A stretch of 46,706 bases of DNA from a virus. Taxonomy: Duplodnaviria; Caudoviricetes. Below are positions 17,799-26,615 of the stretch, piece by piece. The notes under the pieces were generated by a model. That model had not been told where the DNA came from. It did no database searches and saw only the letters and a list, made by a program, of their open reading frames with translations. The stretch is taken from positions 1-46,706 of IMG/VR virus record IMGVR_UViG_3300035524_000057. One strand, written 5' to 3'. Numbering within the stretch: the first letter of the stretch is position 1; every line of letters begins with the position of its first letter. The position numbers were made by a program, and so were the translations under genes.

Positions 17799-18821
17799 TT
17801 AGGACGCCTGAGGCAGGGCCGATTCGGTCAGCAAAAGCTGGTCGGAAACAACCACCGGGACCTCGTCAAAGTGCATGACCTTGCGACCCTCCACGGTGTC
17901 AAAAGTCAAATGCACATTCGAATCGGAACGCATCTGGAGCCGCAGCATGGTGCGAACGCGCTCATGCATGACCCACATTTTTTTCCCGCTCCCCTTCACC
18001 CGCTCGGAAAGCCGGATCATCAGATCTATGAGATCAGCGGCCCCGGAATCTGCCTCCAGGTTGGACATGTCGATATTGCAGATACGTCCCACAGACCGCC
18101 AATCACGGACTGTCAGGCCCACGTCCCACTTGTAGTGGGAAACATAGGCGAGGTAGTCGCCCGCCGGGTTGCCGGAGGCATCGTAGGCAGTAGTCAGCTT
18201 CTTGCCCATGTTCTCGTAGTTCAGGCCCGCCTTGGATCCTTTTGGGTAAATGAAAGAGCAGGCGTTATCACCCCAGGTAATGAGCCAGATGGACGTGTTG
18301 TCCGACCCTGCCCCACCGCCATGAATGACATTGTAATCCGACTTGGTATTGTCCGGGGTGGCCCGGCAATATGCGTTGTAACGCGGGTGCAACCCCGTGA
18401 ACCGCTCGGGGTGGATGGACGTATCCCCGTAAAATAAGGTAGCCTCAACGTCCTGCTTGAGCCCCTCCATATGGGGGGTGTGCTCGGAGAGGAGCGCGGC
18501 CTTGGGGTCAGTGGACTTGTCGATGAGGTCCACGTCAATTTTTGGCAGAGCCTCCAGCATCCCGGTGCCGTCCATGACCTGCTGGGTGCTGGACTTGCTG
18601 GACTGAATACCACCATAGATCTGTCGCCAGGTGCCAGAGGGCAGTCCTGTACGAACCGTTGTTTTGTGATTCGTGCCGTCGTTACACTCCAAAAAAGTGG
18701 CGTACTCCAGGGTCTGGTGGTCGTCGTTTAAAATTTCAACGATGGGAGCAATTTTCCCGTCCGGGTCTTTCCGCTTGGCAAGGTCGGCCAGGGTCAGATT
18801 ACGGGTACCAACGGTTGTCAT
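17799..18821 (-). CDS. Major capsid protein (BPP-1 Bbp17-like)
   Basis: TLADLAKR.DPDGKI..IVEIL, HKTTVRTGLP, FTGL.PRY, HYKWDVGLTVRDWR..RICNID. Confidence 0.92.
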   Translation of the reverse strand: MTTVGTRNLTLADLAKRKDPDGKIAPIVEILNDDHQTLEYATFLECNDGTNHKTTVRTGLPSGTWRQIYGGIQSSKSSTQQVMDGTGMLEALPKIDVDLIDKSTDPKAALLSEHTPHMEGLKQDVEATLFYGDTSIHPERFTGLHPRYNAYCRATPDNTKSDYNVIHGGGAGSDNTSIWLITWGDNACSFIYPKGSKAGLNYENMGKKLTTAYDASGNPAGDYLAYVSHYKWDVGLTVRDWRSVGRICNIDMSNLEADSGAADLIDLMIRLSERVKGSGKKMWVMHERVRTMLRLQMRSDSNVHLTFDTVEGRKVMHFDEVPVVVSDQLLLTESALPQAS

Positions 18822-18854
18822 TGTTCTATCCTCCGCGCCCTCTTCTGGGCGGTT

Positions 18855-19541
18855 TTATTTAAACATGTCTCCAAACAAAACTTCCTCCGGTCCCTTGGGG
18901 CGGGATGCGCCGCGCGCCCCTTCAACGAACGCGTCATCGCTGATCGCCCGCCCGGCGTTGGCAAGGAGTTTCACCAGCCCCGGGTGGTCGCCCATCCACG
19001 AGCCAGTGATCATTGCGGACGTTTCCGGGTCCGCCAGTTGCTTGAGCGCTTTTTTCGCAAGTCCCAAGCTCTTTTCGTATTCGGGTTCCGCTTTGACCTC
19101 TTCCCGCCATTTGGTGCGCTGCTCGTTAAGCTGACGCACCGCCTCGGTTTGGGCCTTGACCTGCTGCTGCGCATACACGTCAATCAACTTCTGGGCCTGG
19201 TCCTGCCCAAGCCCAAGCTCTTTGAACACAGGCACGGCTTCGGAAAGAGCTTCCTGGTCAACGTCCATGCCTTCTGGCATAGTGAACTCGTCATAGTCGG
19301 CCGGTTCTGCTTCCTCGACTTCGTCTTCTTCGGTGGCCTTTTCGGGGGCCTCGTCAGAAAGTAACGAAGACTCCTCAGCACCTTGCTCTGGTTTGTTGTT
19401 GTCTGCGGAGCCAGATTCCGGGTTGCCCTCGGTGTCCGCACCGGCTTCGGTTTTTTCCACGACAGCTTCAGCTTCGAGGTTGCCCTCGGCCCCAGGCTCG
19501 ACGTTGCCGTCCACCTGCTGCACGTTGGTTTCGTCAACCAT
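18855..19541 (-). CDS. Capsid scaffolding protein
   Basis: Acidic N-terminus, ELGLGQDQAQKLID, MGDHPGLVKLL; precedes the capsid gene; start placed at ATG 19541 (MVDETN) after AGGAG. Confidence 0.75.
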   Translation of the reverse strand: MVDETNVQQVDGNVEPGAEGNLEAEAVVEKTEAGADTEGNPESGSADNNKPEQGAEESSLLSDEAPEKATEEDEVEEAEPADYDEFTMPEGMDVDQEALSEAVPVFKELGLGQDQAQKLIDVYAQQQVKAQTEAVRQLNEQRTKWREEVKAEPEYEKSLGLAKKALKQLADPETSAMITGSWMGDHPGLVKLLANAGRAISDDAFVEGARGASRPKGPEEVLFGDMFK

Positions 19542-19842
19542 TGTTTGTCTCCTTGGAAATGTTTTCATCCTGCATGTCCCCGAACAGCTCCGGGCACGCC
19601 TCCAGCACGTCGTTATAAACTACTAGCCCCACGGCCCGGCGACCCTGCTTGTAGTAGGAAGCTACCGGCTGTTCGTCGTATGTCGAAAGGAACACCCGGC
19701 ACTCGCCGAGCAGACGCCAGACAAACCGCCTGCCCGCTTCGGTGCTCATGACTTCAAAAACATCTCTTAGCTCACGCAGACGCCTTGACCGTTCGCGCTC
19801 TTTAGCCGTCTTGAGCTGTTCCGGTGTTTCGATTTTTGGCAC
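19534..19842 (-). CDS. Bbp19-like protein
   Basis: VMSTEAGRRFVWRLL...YYKQGRRAVGL; lies between portal and scaffold; GTG start. Confidence 0.85.
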   Translation of the reverse strand: MPKIETPEQLKTAKERERSRRLRELRDVFEVMSTEAGRRFVWRLLGECRVFLSTYDEQPVASYYKQGRRAVGLVVYNDVLEACPELFGDMQDENISKETNNG

Positions 19843-19844
19843 GT

Positions 19845-21503
19845 CTACACCCCTCCCCCTGTCAGCGCGGTCAACGCATTATTGCCGTCTAGGTCCACCT
19901 CGGAGAGCACCTTGGCGCCCTGCGCGGCCTGGCCCATCTGCTCCATTTGCTGTTGCATTTGCGCCTGCTTCTGTTCGTTTTGGATAATGCCGTTCACCTC
20001 ATCGTCCGTGCGGGTCAACTTGGGCGGAACGCCCAACCTGTCCGCATAGTCCTCAATCGCTTCCAGCACGTTGAACTTGTGCCGAGCCTCAGGGTAAACG
20101 GCAGTCAGGTTGCCGACGTACCCGGCCAACTGTTCGTTGGCTGTGATGCCCACCATCTTCTGAGCCTGGGTAAGCACGTCGATGTACTCCACACGCAGAT
20201 CCATACCGTCCAGCTCTTCCGGCGGCGGGGGGATTATTTCGGCTTCCATACATTTGTTGAACGAAACAGTGATGAGCGGGTCCAACAGGTCGGAATGAAC
20301 CGCCTCGGAAAGTGGCGCAAGCATGAGTATCTTTTCTTCGTGCCTTTCCGCGATCTCTCGTGCCGTCACCTCGCGCCGGTCACTCATGGCCGTAAGCAGA
20401 AAAAGGTCGTTATAGAAGCCAGCCCGGATTGCCTCTCTGAGGTCAACAATCATGTCCTTGGCAGCTGCGATGTTCGGGCGCACCTCATGCAGAGGCCGCA
20501 GCCCGGGGCCAGGCCCCCCCCCATACGTCTCGTAGCTGATGCCCCCGGGCATGGAGTTGATAATTTCGGACTTGGCGTCCCCCCCAGAAACCAACGGAGG
20601 GTCAACCTCTTTGTCTACACCTAAGAGCGTTTTGCGCTTAAGGTGGTAGAGGCTCTTTACGTCAGGTAGCACGGTCATACCCGGGCCAACGCCGTACACG
20701 TTCGACCCAATTACGCCAGATCGCGGGGCCAGGATGGGGAAATTGTCGAAACCGAGCACCGCCAGGACCCCGTTTCCGTCTGGCTCCCAATAGACCGATC
20801 GATACTCTTTGGAGCCGGATCCGGCGTGCTTCATCCGTGAGTCGTTCGGCTCGATCAGGTGGACCACCTGCCGCCATTCGTGGCGGTTGTTGCGATAGGC
20901 CGCGCGCACCTGGCTGGACACGTTGTCCTCGCCAAACTTTTCCACCATCTGGCGCGGCGTCATCCAAAACTCGCGACAAAACGTGTCCACCACGCCGTTT
21001 TCGTTTTGGTCCAGCATGTATTCACCAATGGTGAACGGCCGGAACCGGACCACTTTTTCAAAGGAGTCAAAGGCACCCATACAGCCCGTGCCGAAAGTCC
21101 CCAGTTCTTCGTAGACCGAGGGCAACGCCTTGTAGAGGTTCGACTTGCCAAACACATAGCGGACCACATCTTCAGCGATCTTGAGCCACTGGAGCACCTC
21201 GCGGTTTTCCATGAGTGCAGTATCCTGCAACCCGAAGCGGAACCAGGGCCGGGCCGGGCTTGTCGTGGTGGCGTGCAGGCCAGACCCAAAGTCCCGGGCC
21301 GCCTTTTGCGGAAGCCCATCAAAGATGCGCGAACGCTTCTTTTTGCCGTCATTGGCCTTGTCTTCAGAAAAGGAAAAGACACCGTTGTCAGGCAGAATCA
21401 GCTCGGAAAGCTCGCGCCAATGGTCAAGCCACTTGCTACGCTCCTGGGAGAGGTCGCGCCTACGCGATTCAAGTTTTTCCCGAAACGTCTTCATGTCCTT
21501 CAT
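19845..21503 (-). CDS. Portal / head-to-tail connector protein (T7 gp8 / Bbp21 type)
   Basis: TSPARPWF, ELGTFGTG, YGVGPG, TAREIAERHEEKILML motifs; 552 aa. Confidence 0.93.
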   Translation of the reverse strand: MKDMKTFREKLESRRRDLSQERSKWLDHWRELSELILPDNGVFSFSEDKANDGKKKRSRIFDGLPQKAARDFGSGLHATTTSPARPWFRFGLQDTALMENREVLQWLKIAEDVVRYVFGKSNLYKALPSVYEELGTFGTGCMGAFDSFEKVVRFRPFTIGEYMLDQNENGVVDTFCREFWMTPRQMVEKFGEDNVSSQVRAAYRNNRHEWRQVVHLIEPNDSRMKHAGSGSKEYRSVYWEPDGNGVLAVLGFDNFPILAPRSGVIGSNVYGVGPGMTVLPDVKSLYHLKRKTLLGVDKEVDPPLVSGGDAKSEIINSMPGGISYETYGGGPGPGLRPLHEVRPNIAAAKDMIVDLREAIRAGFYNDLFLLTAMSDRREVTAREIAERHEEKILMLAPLSEAVHSDLLDPLITVSFNKCMEAEIIPPPPEELDGMDLRVEYIDVLTQAQKMVGITANEQLAGYVGNLTAVYPEARHKFNVLEAIEDYADRLGVPPKLTRTDDEVNGIIQNEQKQAQMQQQMEQMGQAAQGAKVLSEVDLDGNNALTALTGGGV

Positions 21504-21504
21504 A

Positions 21505-21720
21505 TCATTGTCCCAAGGCCGTTTTTTTCATTGTGTTTGCCGGTTTAGTCAGTCCCTGGCCACCGGTCTTGTTTGTCCCGGCAACGCCAGCGGCAAGCCG
21601 GGCCTTTTGCCGGGCGTCGTCCCGCGCCTTTTGCTGGTCCTCATCCGTGTATTGCACAGGTGCAGGTTGCGGCTCTGCGGGCGGCACACTCGGCATTTTC
21701 GGACTTGAAAACATACACAT
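21505..21720 (-). CDS. Small virion assembly protein, T7 gp7.3-like position, copy 2 (71 aa)
   Basis: MC start, Pro-rich segment, ends KKTALGQ; directly upstream of portal. Confidence 0.7.
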   Translation of the reverse strand: MCMFSSPKMPSVPPAEPQPAPVQYTDEDQQKARDDARQKARLAAGVAGTNKTGGQGLTKPANTMKKTALGQ

Positions 21721-21936
21721 TTATTCCCCCAGCAGTGATTTTTGTTGTGTGCTCGCCTGCCCGGATGCGCCCAACGCGCTTGTCTTTATCCTGGACGATG
21801 CAGCGGCGGCCTTTTGCCGACGCGCGGCCTCATCATCCCGCCGGGCTTTTGTCCCCGCGTTGGCCTGGCGCACGGGGGCGGGCGCTGGGGGGGCCGGGGG
21901 AGGCGGCGCAGGCCTGCCACCAGAAGAACCACACAT
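21721..21936 (-). CDS. Small virion assembly protein, T7 gp7.3-like position, copy 1 (71 aa)
   Basis: ATG at 21936 (TAATG overlap with upstream gene, GGAGG RBS): MCGSSGGRPAPPPP...QKSLLGE. Confidence 0.7.
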   Translation of the reverse strand: MCGSSGGRPAPPPPAPPAPAPVRQANAGTKARRDDEAARRQKAAAASSRIKTSALGASGQASTQQKSLLGE

Positions 21937-22220
21937 TAGTAAACCTCCACTATGTAAAAAATATACGCGGCAGCGCAGAGGAAGGGACACGCCCGTGCGG
22001 CCCAGCGGGCGGCGTACGACGTCCCGTAAGAGCACCACGCGGCAAACAAGCACAGCACGGCCGATGCCACACCGTGTTGAGACCCCACATCAGCCGAGAG
22101 CCACAGGGCCGCGATAGCCATCGTGAGCCCGAGGACAAAGCGCTGAACCTGGTTGAAAAGTTGTCCCAAGTACCAATGTGCAGTGAAACCAATCTGATTC
22201 AGTTCTTTCTGGTCCATCAA
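21936..22220 (-). CDS. Hypothetical membrane protein (about 94 aa)
   Basis: Two to three hydrophobic stretches; overlaps TerL stop and next start. Confidence 0.55.
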   Translation of the reverse strand: MMDQKELNQIGFTAHWYLGQLFNQVQRFVLGLTMAIAALWLSADVGSQHGVASAVLCLFAAWCSYGTSYAARWAARACPFLCAAAYIFYIVEVY

Positions 22221-23494
22221 GCTGCCTCCAAAGGGTTGTATTCGACACAGTTTTTGACCACACCGCCGCCCACGCGAGGCGGACGGAATCCCACGGCAAG
22301 GTAGCGAAAAGCGTCCGCGCCATGGCTGGACCAGTCGTGCAGCGGCTTGTCCTTAAAGGTCTGGCGCACATCGTCCCACTCGCGCTGGTAGGCCCAGAGG
22401 CTTTGCAGCCCCTGCTCGCACTTCTTTTGGTCGAAGTGGCACACCGGGAGGATACCGCGCACGGCCTCTTTGCCGTCGTCGAAGCTGAGCATGGGCGCGA
22501 TGTCGAAATTAATCCCCAGACCCCGGGCCGTGTCCAAACGGCTCTTCCCGGACGAAAACTCGCGCACCCGAATATCGTGGGGGGCAATGTGTTTGCCGTA
22601 GTTGTAGCCCTTTTGGGTCAGCACACTGGCGTAGTGCGGAAGCCCCTCACCGCTGGCCTCGTAGTAGTCCACGATGCGATATTCCCCGGCATGGCCCACG
22701 GGCAGATGCTGAAAAAACCAGATACACGTGGAGTCGCCCACGCCCAAATCCCAGGCCGTGTGCACCAGCAGATTCGGCTCCACAGGCACCTTGCCAATGC
22801 GCCCCTCGTGCTGGGCAACCTGCAAAAGCTGGCCGTAGTAAGACCCACGAGCCACCAGGACCGGATTGCCCTCCCAAACATGATCGTACTTTTCCGGGTC
22901 TGTCTTGCGGCAATGCTCCATTTCCGCCCGCAGCACGTCCGGGAACCACGGGTTGTCCCGCCAGCCCACTTTGCGAACCAACGAGTCAGGCGGCGGAGTC
23001 TTGACCACAAACCGCTGGTAGACAGGCCCGTTGATGCGGTCCGGGTTAAACGACAGCCAAATTTCAGACCCTTGCGTGCGGATGGTCGGGATCAGGAGGT
23101 CCAGACTTTTTTCCGAGACCGTCTCAGCCTCTTCGACCCACACCCGTGTGATGCCTTCGAACGATTTGATGCGCTCAGGATTGAGCCGCAGCCCGGAAAA
23201 GATAAAAAGAGAGCCGTTTTCGCCGCGTATCTCTGTGTCCGTGGAGCGGTAAAAGGACGACAACCCCAAAGCCTTAATGCGGTCGTCCAAAAGCCGCTTG
23301 ACCGAATCGCGAATCGAATTTTGAACCTCACGGGCGCAAAGCACGCGGTGCGGGGATTGCGCGGCCTGGATGAGTAGTGCGTCGGCAAAGGCCCAACTCT
23401 TAGCCCCGCCCCTCCCGCCGTAAAAAACCTTGTTACGATGCGGCTCAAAAAGGCCCTTAAAAGCGGCAGGGATGCGAATTTCTTCGTTATTCAT
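22217..23494 (-). CDS. terL: Terminase large subunit, PBSX family
   Basis: Walker A region GGRGGAKS, CAREVQNSIRDS, Walker B WVEEAE, nuclease WDLG..D and HGADAFRY; start reassigned to ATG 23494, overlapping the terS stop. Confidence 0.93.
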   Translation of the reverse strand: MNNEEIRIPAAFKGLFEPHRNKVFYGGRGGAKSWAFADALLIQAAQSPHRVLCAREVQNSIRDSVKRLLDDRIKALGLSSFYRSTDTEIRGENGSLFIFSGLRLNPERIKSFEGITRVWVEEAETVSEKSLDLLIPTIRTQGSEIWLSFNPDRINGPVYQRFVVKTPPPDSLVRKVGWRDNPWFPDVLRAEMEHCRKTDPEKYDHVWEGNPVLVARGSYYGQLLQVAQHEGRIGKVPVEPNLLVHTAWDLGVGDSTCIWFFQHLPVGHAGEYRIVDYYEASGEGLPHYASVLTQKGYNYGKHIAPHDIRVREFSSGKSRLDTARGLGINFDIAPMLSFDDGKEAVRGILPVCHFDQKKCEQGLQSLWAYQREWDDVRQTFKDKPLHDWSSHGADAFRYLAVGFRPPRVGGGVVKNCVEYNPLEAA

Positions 23495-23903
23495 CTTCGC
23501 CAGCCTCCACAAATCGGACCTCGATAGATTGCCGGACAGGCCCGCCGTCCGCGCCCTCAATGCCCAGCCGGTCACCGTATTTGCGCGGCCGGAGCTTGGA
23601 CGCCACCCACTTGCGCGCGTCACACCGGACCTTGACCGCCTGCGCGTCGTCCTTGCCCGTCGCGGTGTCGGCAATGTCCACAATCTGGTCTGCGAGGTAG
23701 TCGGCTTGCATCTCTCGTGCGCGCGCATACATCCCCCGGAAATCCGCATATCTCTCGTCCGCCAGCCACCGCAAAACGGTATTGTACGTGGGCATCCCAG
23801 ACCCCTTGAGCACGGCGACCAGCGACTTGCCCTGCGCGATGCCCGCGCAAATGCGTTCGGCCAACGCCTTGCTGTACTTACTGGGCCTGCCTTTTTTTGC
23901 CAT
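23487..23903 (-). CDS. terS: Terminase small subunit (Sf6 gp1-like HTH)
   Basis: GRPSKYS..LAERIC..IA.GKSL...MP...TVLRWL...YARARE.QAD; ATG 23903 after GGAG. Confidence 0.88.
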   Translation of the reverse strand: MAKKGRPSKYSKALAERICAGIAQGKSLVAVLKGSGMPTYNTVLRWLADERYADFRGMYARAREMQADYLADQIVDIADTATGKDDAQAVKVRCDARKWVASKLRPRKYGDRLGIEGADGGPVRQSIEVRFVEAGEDE

Positions 23904-23919
23904 CGTCTCCAACTCCAAG

Positions 23920-24135
23920 ACCCCCGAAGGGTGGGTTATTCGGCGGCTTGTCTCTGCCGTCCCGGCGTCCGTCCTGCGAAATATCGGGCCTGCGGAGCTA
24001 CTCCGACCGTCTCCCGCGTTGGGCGTCCCCTGCCGTCGTCGCAGTGGTGGGGACCATTTCGACCGCGCCCGTTTATCCGTTATGCCCCGCCGTGGGGCCG
24101 ATCGGCGCACGGAGGTGACAGCGCCGCAGGACTTC
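23920..24135 (-). ncRNA. Candidate structured non-coding RNA / late leader; strand inferred from the operon
   Basis: About 240-bp gap with nested inverted repeats; outer stem GTCCTGCG 23971-23978 pairs with CGCAGGAC 24125-24132. No family recognised. Confidence 0.3.
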
Positions 24136-24147
24136 TTTTTGTGCTGG

Positions 24148-24438
24148 CTATCCCAACACCCGGAACAGCCATGCCACGGCCGCACCGCCCACCATGGACC
24201 CGAGCGCGGCAATAACCAAAATTTGTGCGCGCAGCTGCTCCAGCCGCTGGATGCGCCGCTCTGCGTCGGCTTGGCGTCCCTCCATCGACGTTATCCGGCT
24301 CATGCGTGCCTCGCAGCGTTCGCCAAGCAACGCCTCGATGCGCGCCAGGCCCGTTTGCACGGCCGCCGACGTTGCCGCCGCTTCCGCGCGTAAGTCGTGG
24401 ATAGATGACCAAATTTCGCGAATATCCTGCTCGCTCAC
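24148..24438 (-). CDS. Coiled-coil protein with C-terminal transmembrane helix (XhlA-like lysis accessory), 96 aa
   Basis: GTG start overlapping the holin stop (GTGA); heptad-like body, C-terminal ILVIAALGSMVGGAAVAWLF. Confidence 0.6.
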   Translation of the reverse strand: MSEQDIREIWSSIHDLRAEAAATSAAVQTGLARIEALLGERCEARMSRITSMEGRQADAERRIQRLEQLRAQILVIAALGSMVGGAAVAWLFRVLG

Positions 24439-24839
24439 TTGGCTACTCCAGCGTGCTTGTCCCAACTCCGGAGCGCCCCCATGCCGAGCAGCCCGAAGAT
24501 CAGTTCCCAGAGCATGTCGTCGAGCGTGGGCAGGTCGGGGGCATCCGGCCACCAAGCCGCAGCCGCGACCAGGGCAAAAGGCCGCAGCAAATATTGGTAG
24601 GCAAGTGCGGCCACGCAAATCCACCCAATGGCCGGACGCCATCCAGCCACAAATATGGAGCGGTGCCCGGCCTCAACTCGGTTGATTTCGCGCTGGTCTT
24701 GGCTCTCGGCGATCGTCGCGTCCAACAAGGCCTTGCGATATTCGGCCTCGGCCTCGGCGCGCGCGTTGGGGTCGGGGATCAGCCCAATGAGCTTGTCCAC
24801 CACTGGGCCGACCAGCGGGATAAAGGACGCGAGGCTCAC
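24435..24839 (-). CDS. Holin, 3TM (GTA-holin) family
   Basis: IDK.IPDP-like N-terminus, EA.HRS.FVAGWRPAIGW, LG.GALRSWDK. Confidence 0.85.
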   Translation of the reverse strand: MSLASFIPLVGPVVDKLIGLIPDPNARAEAEAEYRKALLDATIAESQDQREINRVEAGHRSIFVAGWRPAIGWICVAALAYQYLLRPFALVAAAAWWPDAPDLPTLDDMLWELIFGLLGMGALRSWDKHAGVAK

Positions 24840-25249
24840 GGCGTCCCCCCCCTGGCATCCAGGATGGTGATAGTCCCGGACGTTGCCCCGGCCAGCGCGT
24901 CATGCAGCTTGGACACGGCCTTTCGGCTTTGCCACACGGCGGGCAATTTTTCGTCCAGGCCCAGGCCCAGCAGGATACAACCTTGCGTATCTCTGGGGTA
25001 ATTCCCGGGATGGATGAGGATTTCGGAGCGGCCCGGCACGTCTGACAGCTCGATCAGGTCCCGGCCAAAGCGCGGAGAGGGCAGCAAGTCCCAAGCATAG
25101 ACCCCGCAGGGCACGCAGGAGACATTGGGCTGGTTGCCCAACCAAGGTGGCTCAAGGGTGTAAGCCACGGCCTTGCCACCTACATATATGCGGCCCAGCA
25201 CGGCGGCGTTGCCCCAAGTGTGTCGCACGACGGTCAATACGCAGCTCAT
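24836..25249 (-). CDS. DUF5675 family protein, putative L,D-peptidase endolysin
   Basis: TLE.PW..N....SC.P.G.Y and VPGRSEILIHPGN...DTQGCILLG; adjacent to the holin. Confidence 0.8.
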   Translation of the reverse strand: MSCVLTVVRHTWGNAAVLGRIYVGGKAVAYTLEPPWLGNQPNVSCVPCGVYAWDLLPSPRFGRDLIELSDVPGRSEILIHPGNYPRDTQGCILLGLGLDEKLPAVWQSRKAVSKLHDALAGATSGTITILDARGGTP

Positions 25250-25399
25250 GCACTGACCGTATCAGGCCCGGCGGCCTGCTCGCAGGGGGGCTACCTGCCA
25301 CGTCATTGCGTGCGCTCTTTTTTGCCAGACGCTTTTAAGCTTTTTTCAAACTTTTTTACAACTGCTTAATTTGCTTAACTTTAATTTTAAAGAAAATGC

Positions 25400-25428
25400 T
25401 TGCATTTTGCGTCGGGATTGTGCACACT
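25400..25428 (+). promoter_or_regulatory. Putative sigma70 promoter of the plus-strand accessory cassette
   Basis: TTGCAT-17 bp-CACACT, preceded by an AT-rich tract (about 25330-25399). Confidence 0.45.
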
Positions 25429-25481
25429 GTATTTGCGAGCGGGGGATAGGCCCCCCAAACAAAACAAACCGGAGAGACACA

Positions 25482-25937
25482 ATGCAGACCAAGACCAACG
25501 CACCCATCATCGCGGACAACAACCCCGAGCGTCAGCTCTTGAGCGCGGCCATGCATTACGAGCTGCGGAGCTGGCTGGAGTGGCGGCCCATCGCAGGTCA
25601 GCCCCTGCCGGACGGCACCGAGTACGACGGCCCGGCCGAGTACCAGATCAGTGACGTCAGCCTGCGGGAGGACGGCGCAACATTTGGCGCAGTCCTGACC
25701 GTGCGCACCCCGTCGGACGACGCCCCACTCTTTGGCGCAGGCCCCGGCTACTCAACGACACGCGAGGATATCTTGCTGACGTTGCATGTCGGGATAGACG
25801 ATAGCGCAGCAGATTTGCCCAGATATAGTGTCATGATCGCCCACGATCCGGAGAGCACCACGCCAGTCCTGCGCCAGGACGCGGACCTGCTCAACGAGTT
25901 GGGCAGCAACATGGTAATCAATGCTGAGTACCTCTAA
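25482..25937 (+). CDS. Hypothetical acidic protein (151 aa)
   Basis: GGAG RBS, ATG at 25482 (MQTKTN); first gene of the counter-oriented cassette. Confidence 0.75.
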   Translation: MQTKTNAPIIADNNPERQLLSAAMHYELRSWLEWRPIAGQPLPDGTEYDGPAEYQISDVSLREDGATFGAVLTVRTPSDDAPLFGAGPGYSTTREDILLTLHVGIDDSAADLPRYSVMIAHDPESTTPVLRQDADLLNELGSNMVINAEYL

Positions 25938-25964
25938 AAAGTGAAAGACGAAGGAGAAACTTAA

Positions 25965-26222
25965 ATGAAGGTCTATGTTTACGAAATCGGTGAGTTCCGC
26001 AGCAGCAAGCACACCAAGGTCTACGCGGAGAAGCGCGAGGACCCATATCTGGAGCGGCACCAAGACACAGGACTCCCTTATGCGGACAGCCTCGCAGAAT
26101 TAAAAGAGGTCTGGGAGGTCCCCGGAGCCTACGCCATCGATGACGGCGGGGTGGCGCATGATAACATGCCGCTTACCGGGAAATGGTGGCCCAAGGGGAG
26201 CCGCAAGGTTAGGGAGGGATGA
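25965..26222 (+). CDS. Hypothetical protein (85 aa)
   Basis: AAGGAG RBS; tightly packed in the cassette. Confidence 0.75.
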   Translation: MKVYVYEIGEFRSSKHTKVYAEKREDPYLERHQDTGLPYADSLAELKEVWEVPGAYAIDDGGVAHDNMPLTGKWWPKGSRKVREG

Positions 26223-26573
26223 TTGATGCCGACTATCACAATAAGGAACATCGACGAACGAACGGTCAAGGCTCTTAAGCGCCTGGCCAGGGAGCGGGGT
26301 ATCCCATACAACTCCGTCGAGGAGTTGTTGCGTAGAGAGATCGACAGCATGACTCAGCAGCGTGCGACCCTGCCGATCAAGCTCTACATGGCCCCAGAGC
26401 TGCCGCGTCACTACGTGGCCGAGCTGGATGGAAGCCGCTGGATCATTCCTTCAACCACTACCGGCCGCCAAGCCTGGGCATCAGCCAAAGAATACAAAGG
26501 CAAATACGAGTTGGAGCTGCTGCCGGATTATATGGCCAAACTATACATGCCAGAGGCAGGCGCGGAGCCATAG
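26223..26573 (+). CDS. FitA-like ribbon-helix-helix protein with an extra C-terminal domain
   Basis: TITIRNIDERTVKALKRLARERG...SVEELLRREI matches the FitA/Arc RHH pattern. Confidence 0.75.
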   Translation: MMPTITIRNIDERTVKALKRLARERGIPYNSVEELLRREIDSMTQQRATLPIKLYMAPELPRHYVAELDGSRWIIPSTTTGRQAWASAKEYKGKYELELLPDYMAKLYMPEAGAEP

Positions 26574-26579
26574 AGGCCC

Positions 26580-26610
26580 ACCCGGTCAAGCCCTTTGGCC
26601 GGGTTTTTGT
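26580..26610 (+). terminator. Intrinsic terminator of the accessory cassette
   Basis: CCCGGTCAA-gccct-TTGGCCGGG followed by TTTTTGT. Confidence 0.75.
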
Positions 26611-26615
26611 CTCAG

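Noticed and set aside
23495-24212. Extended N-termini for TerL (from 23749) and TerS (from 24212) in the ORF track
   Set aside because: Extensions overlap other genes and read as non-protein-like; RBS and family motifs support starts at 23494 and 23903.
25311-25328. Sigma54 late promoter (TGGCA...GC on the minus strand)
   Set aside because: GG to GC spacing is 9 nt rather than the required 10.
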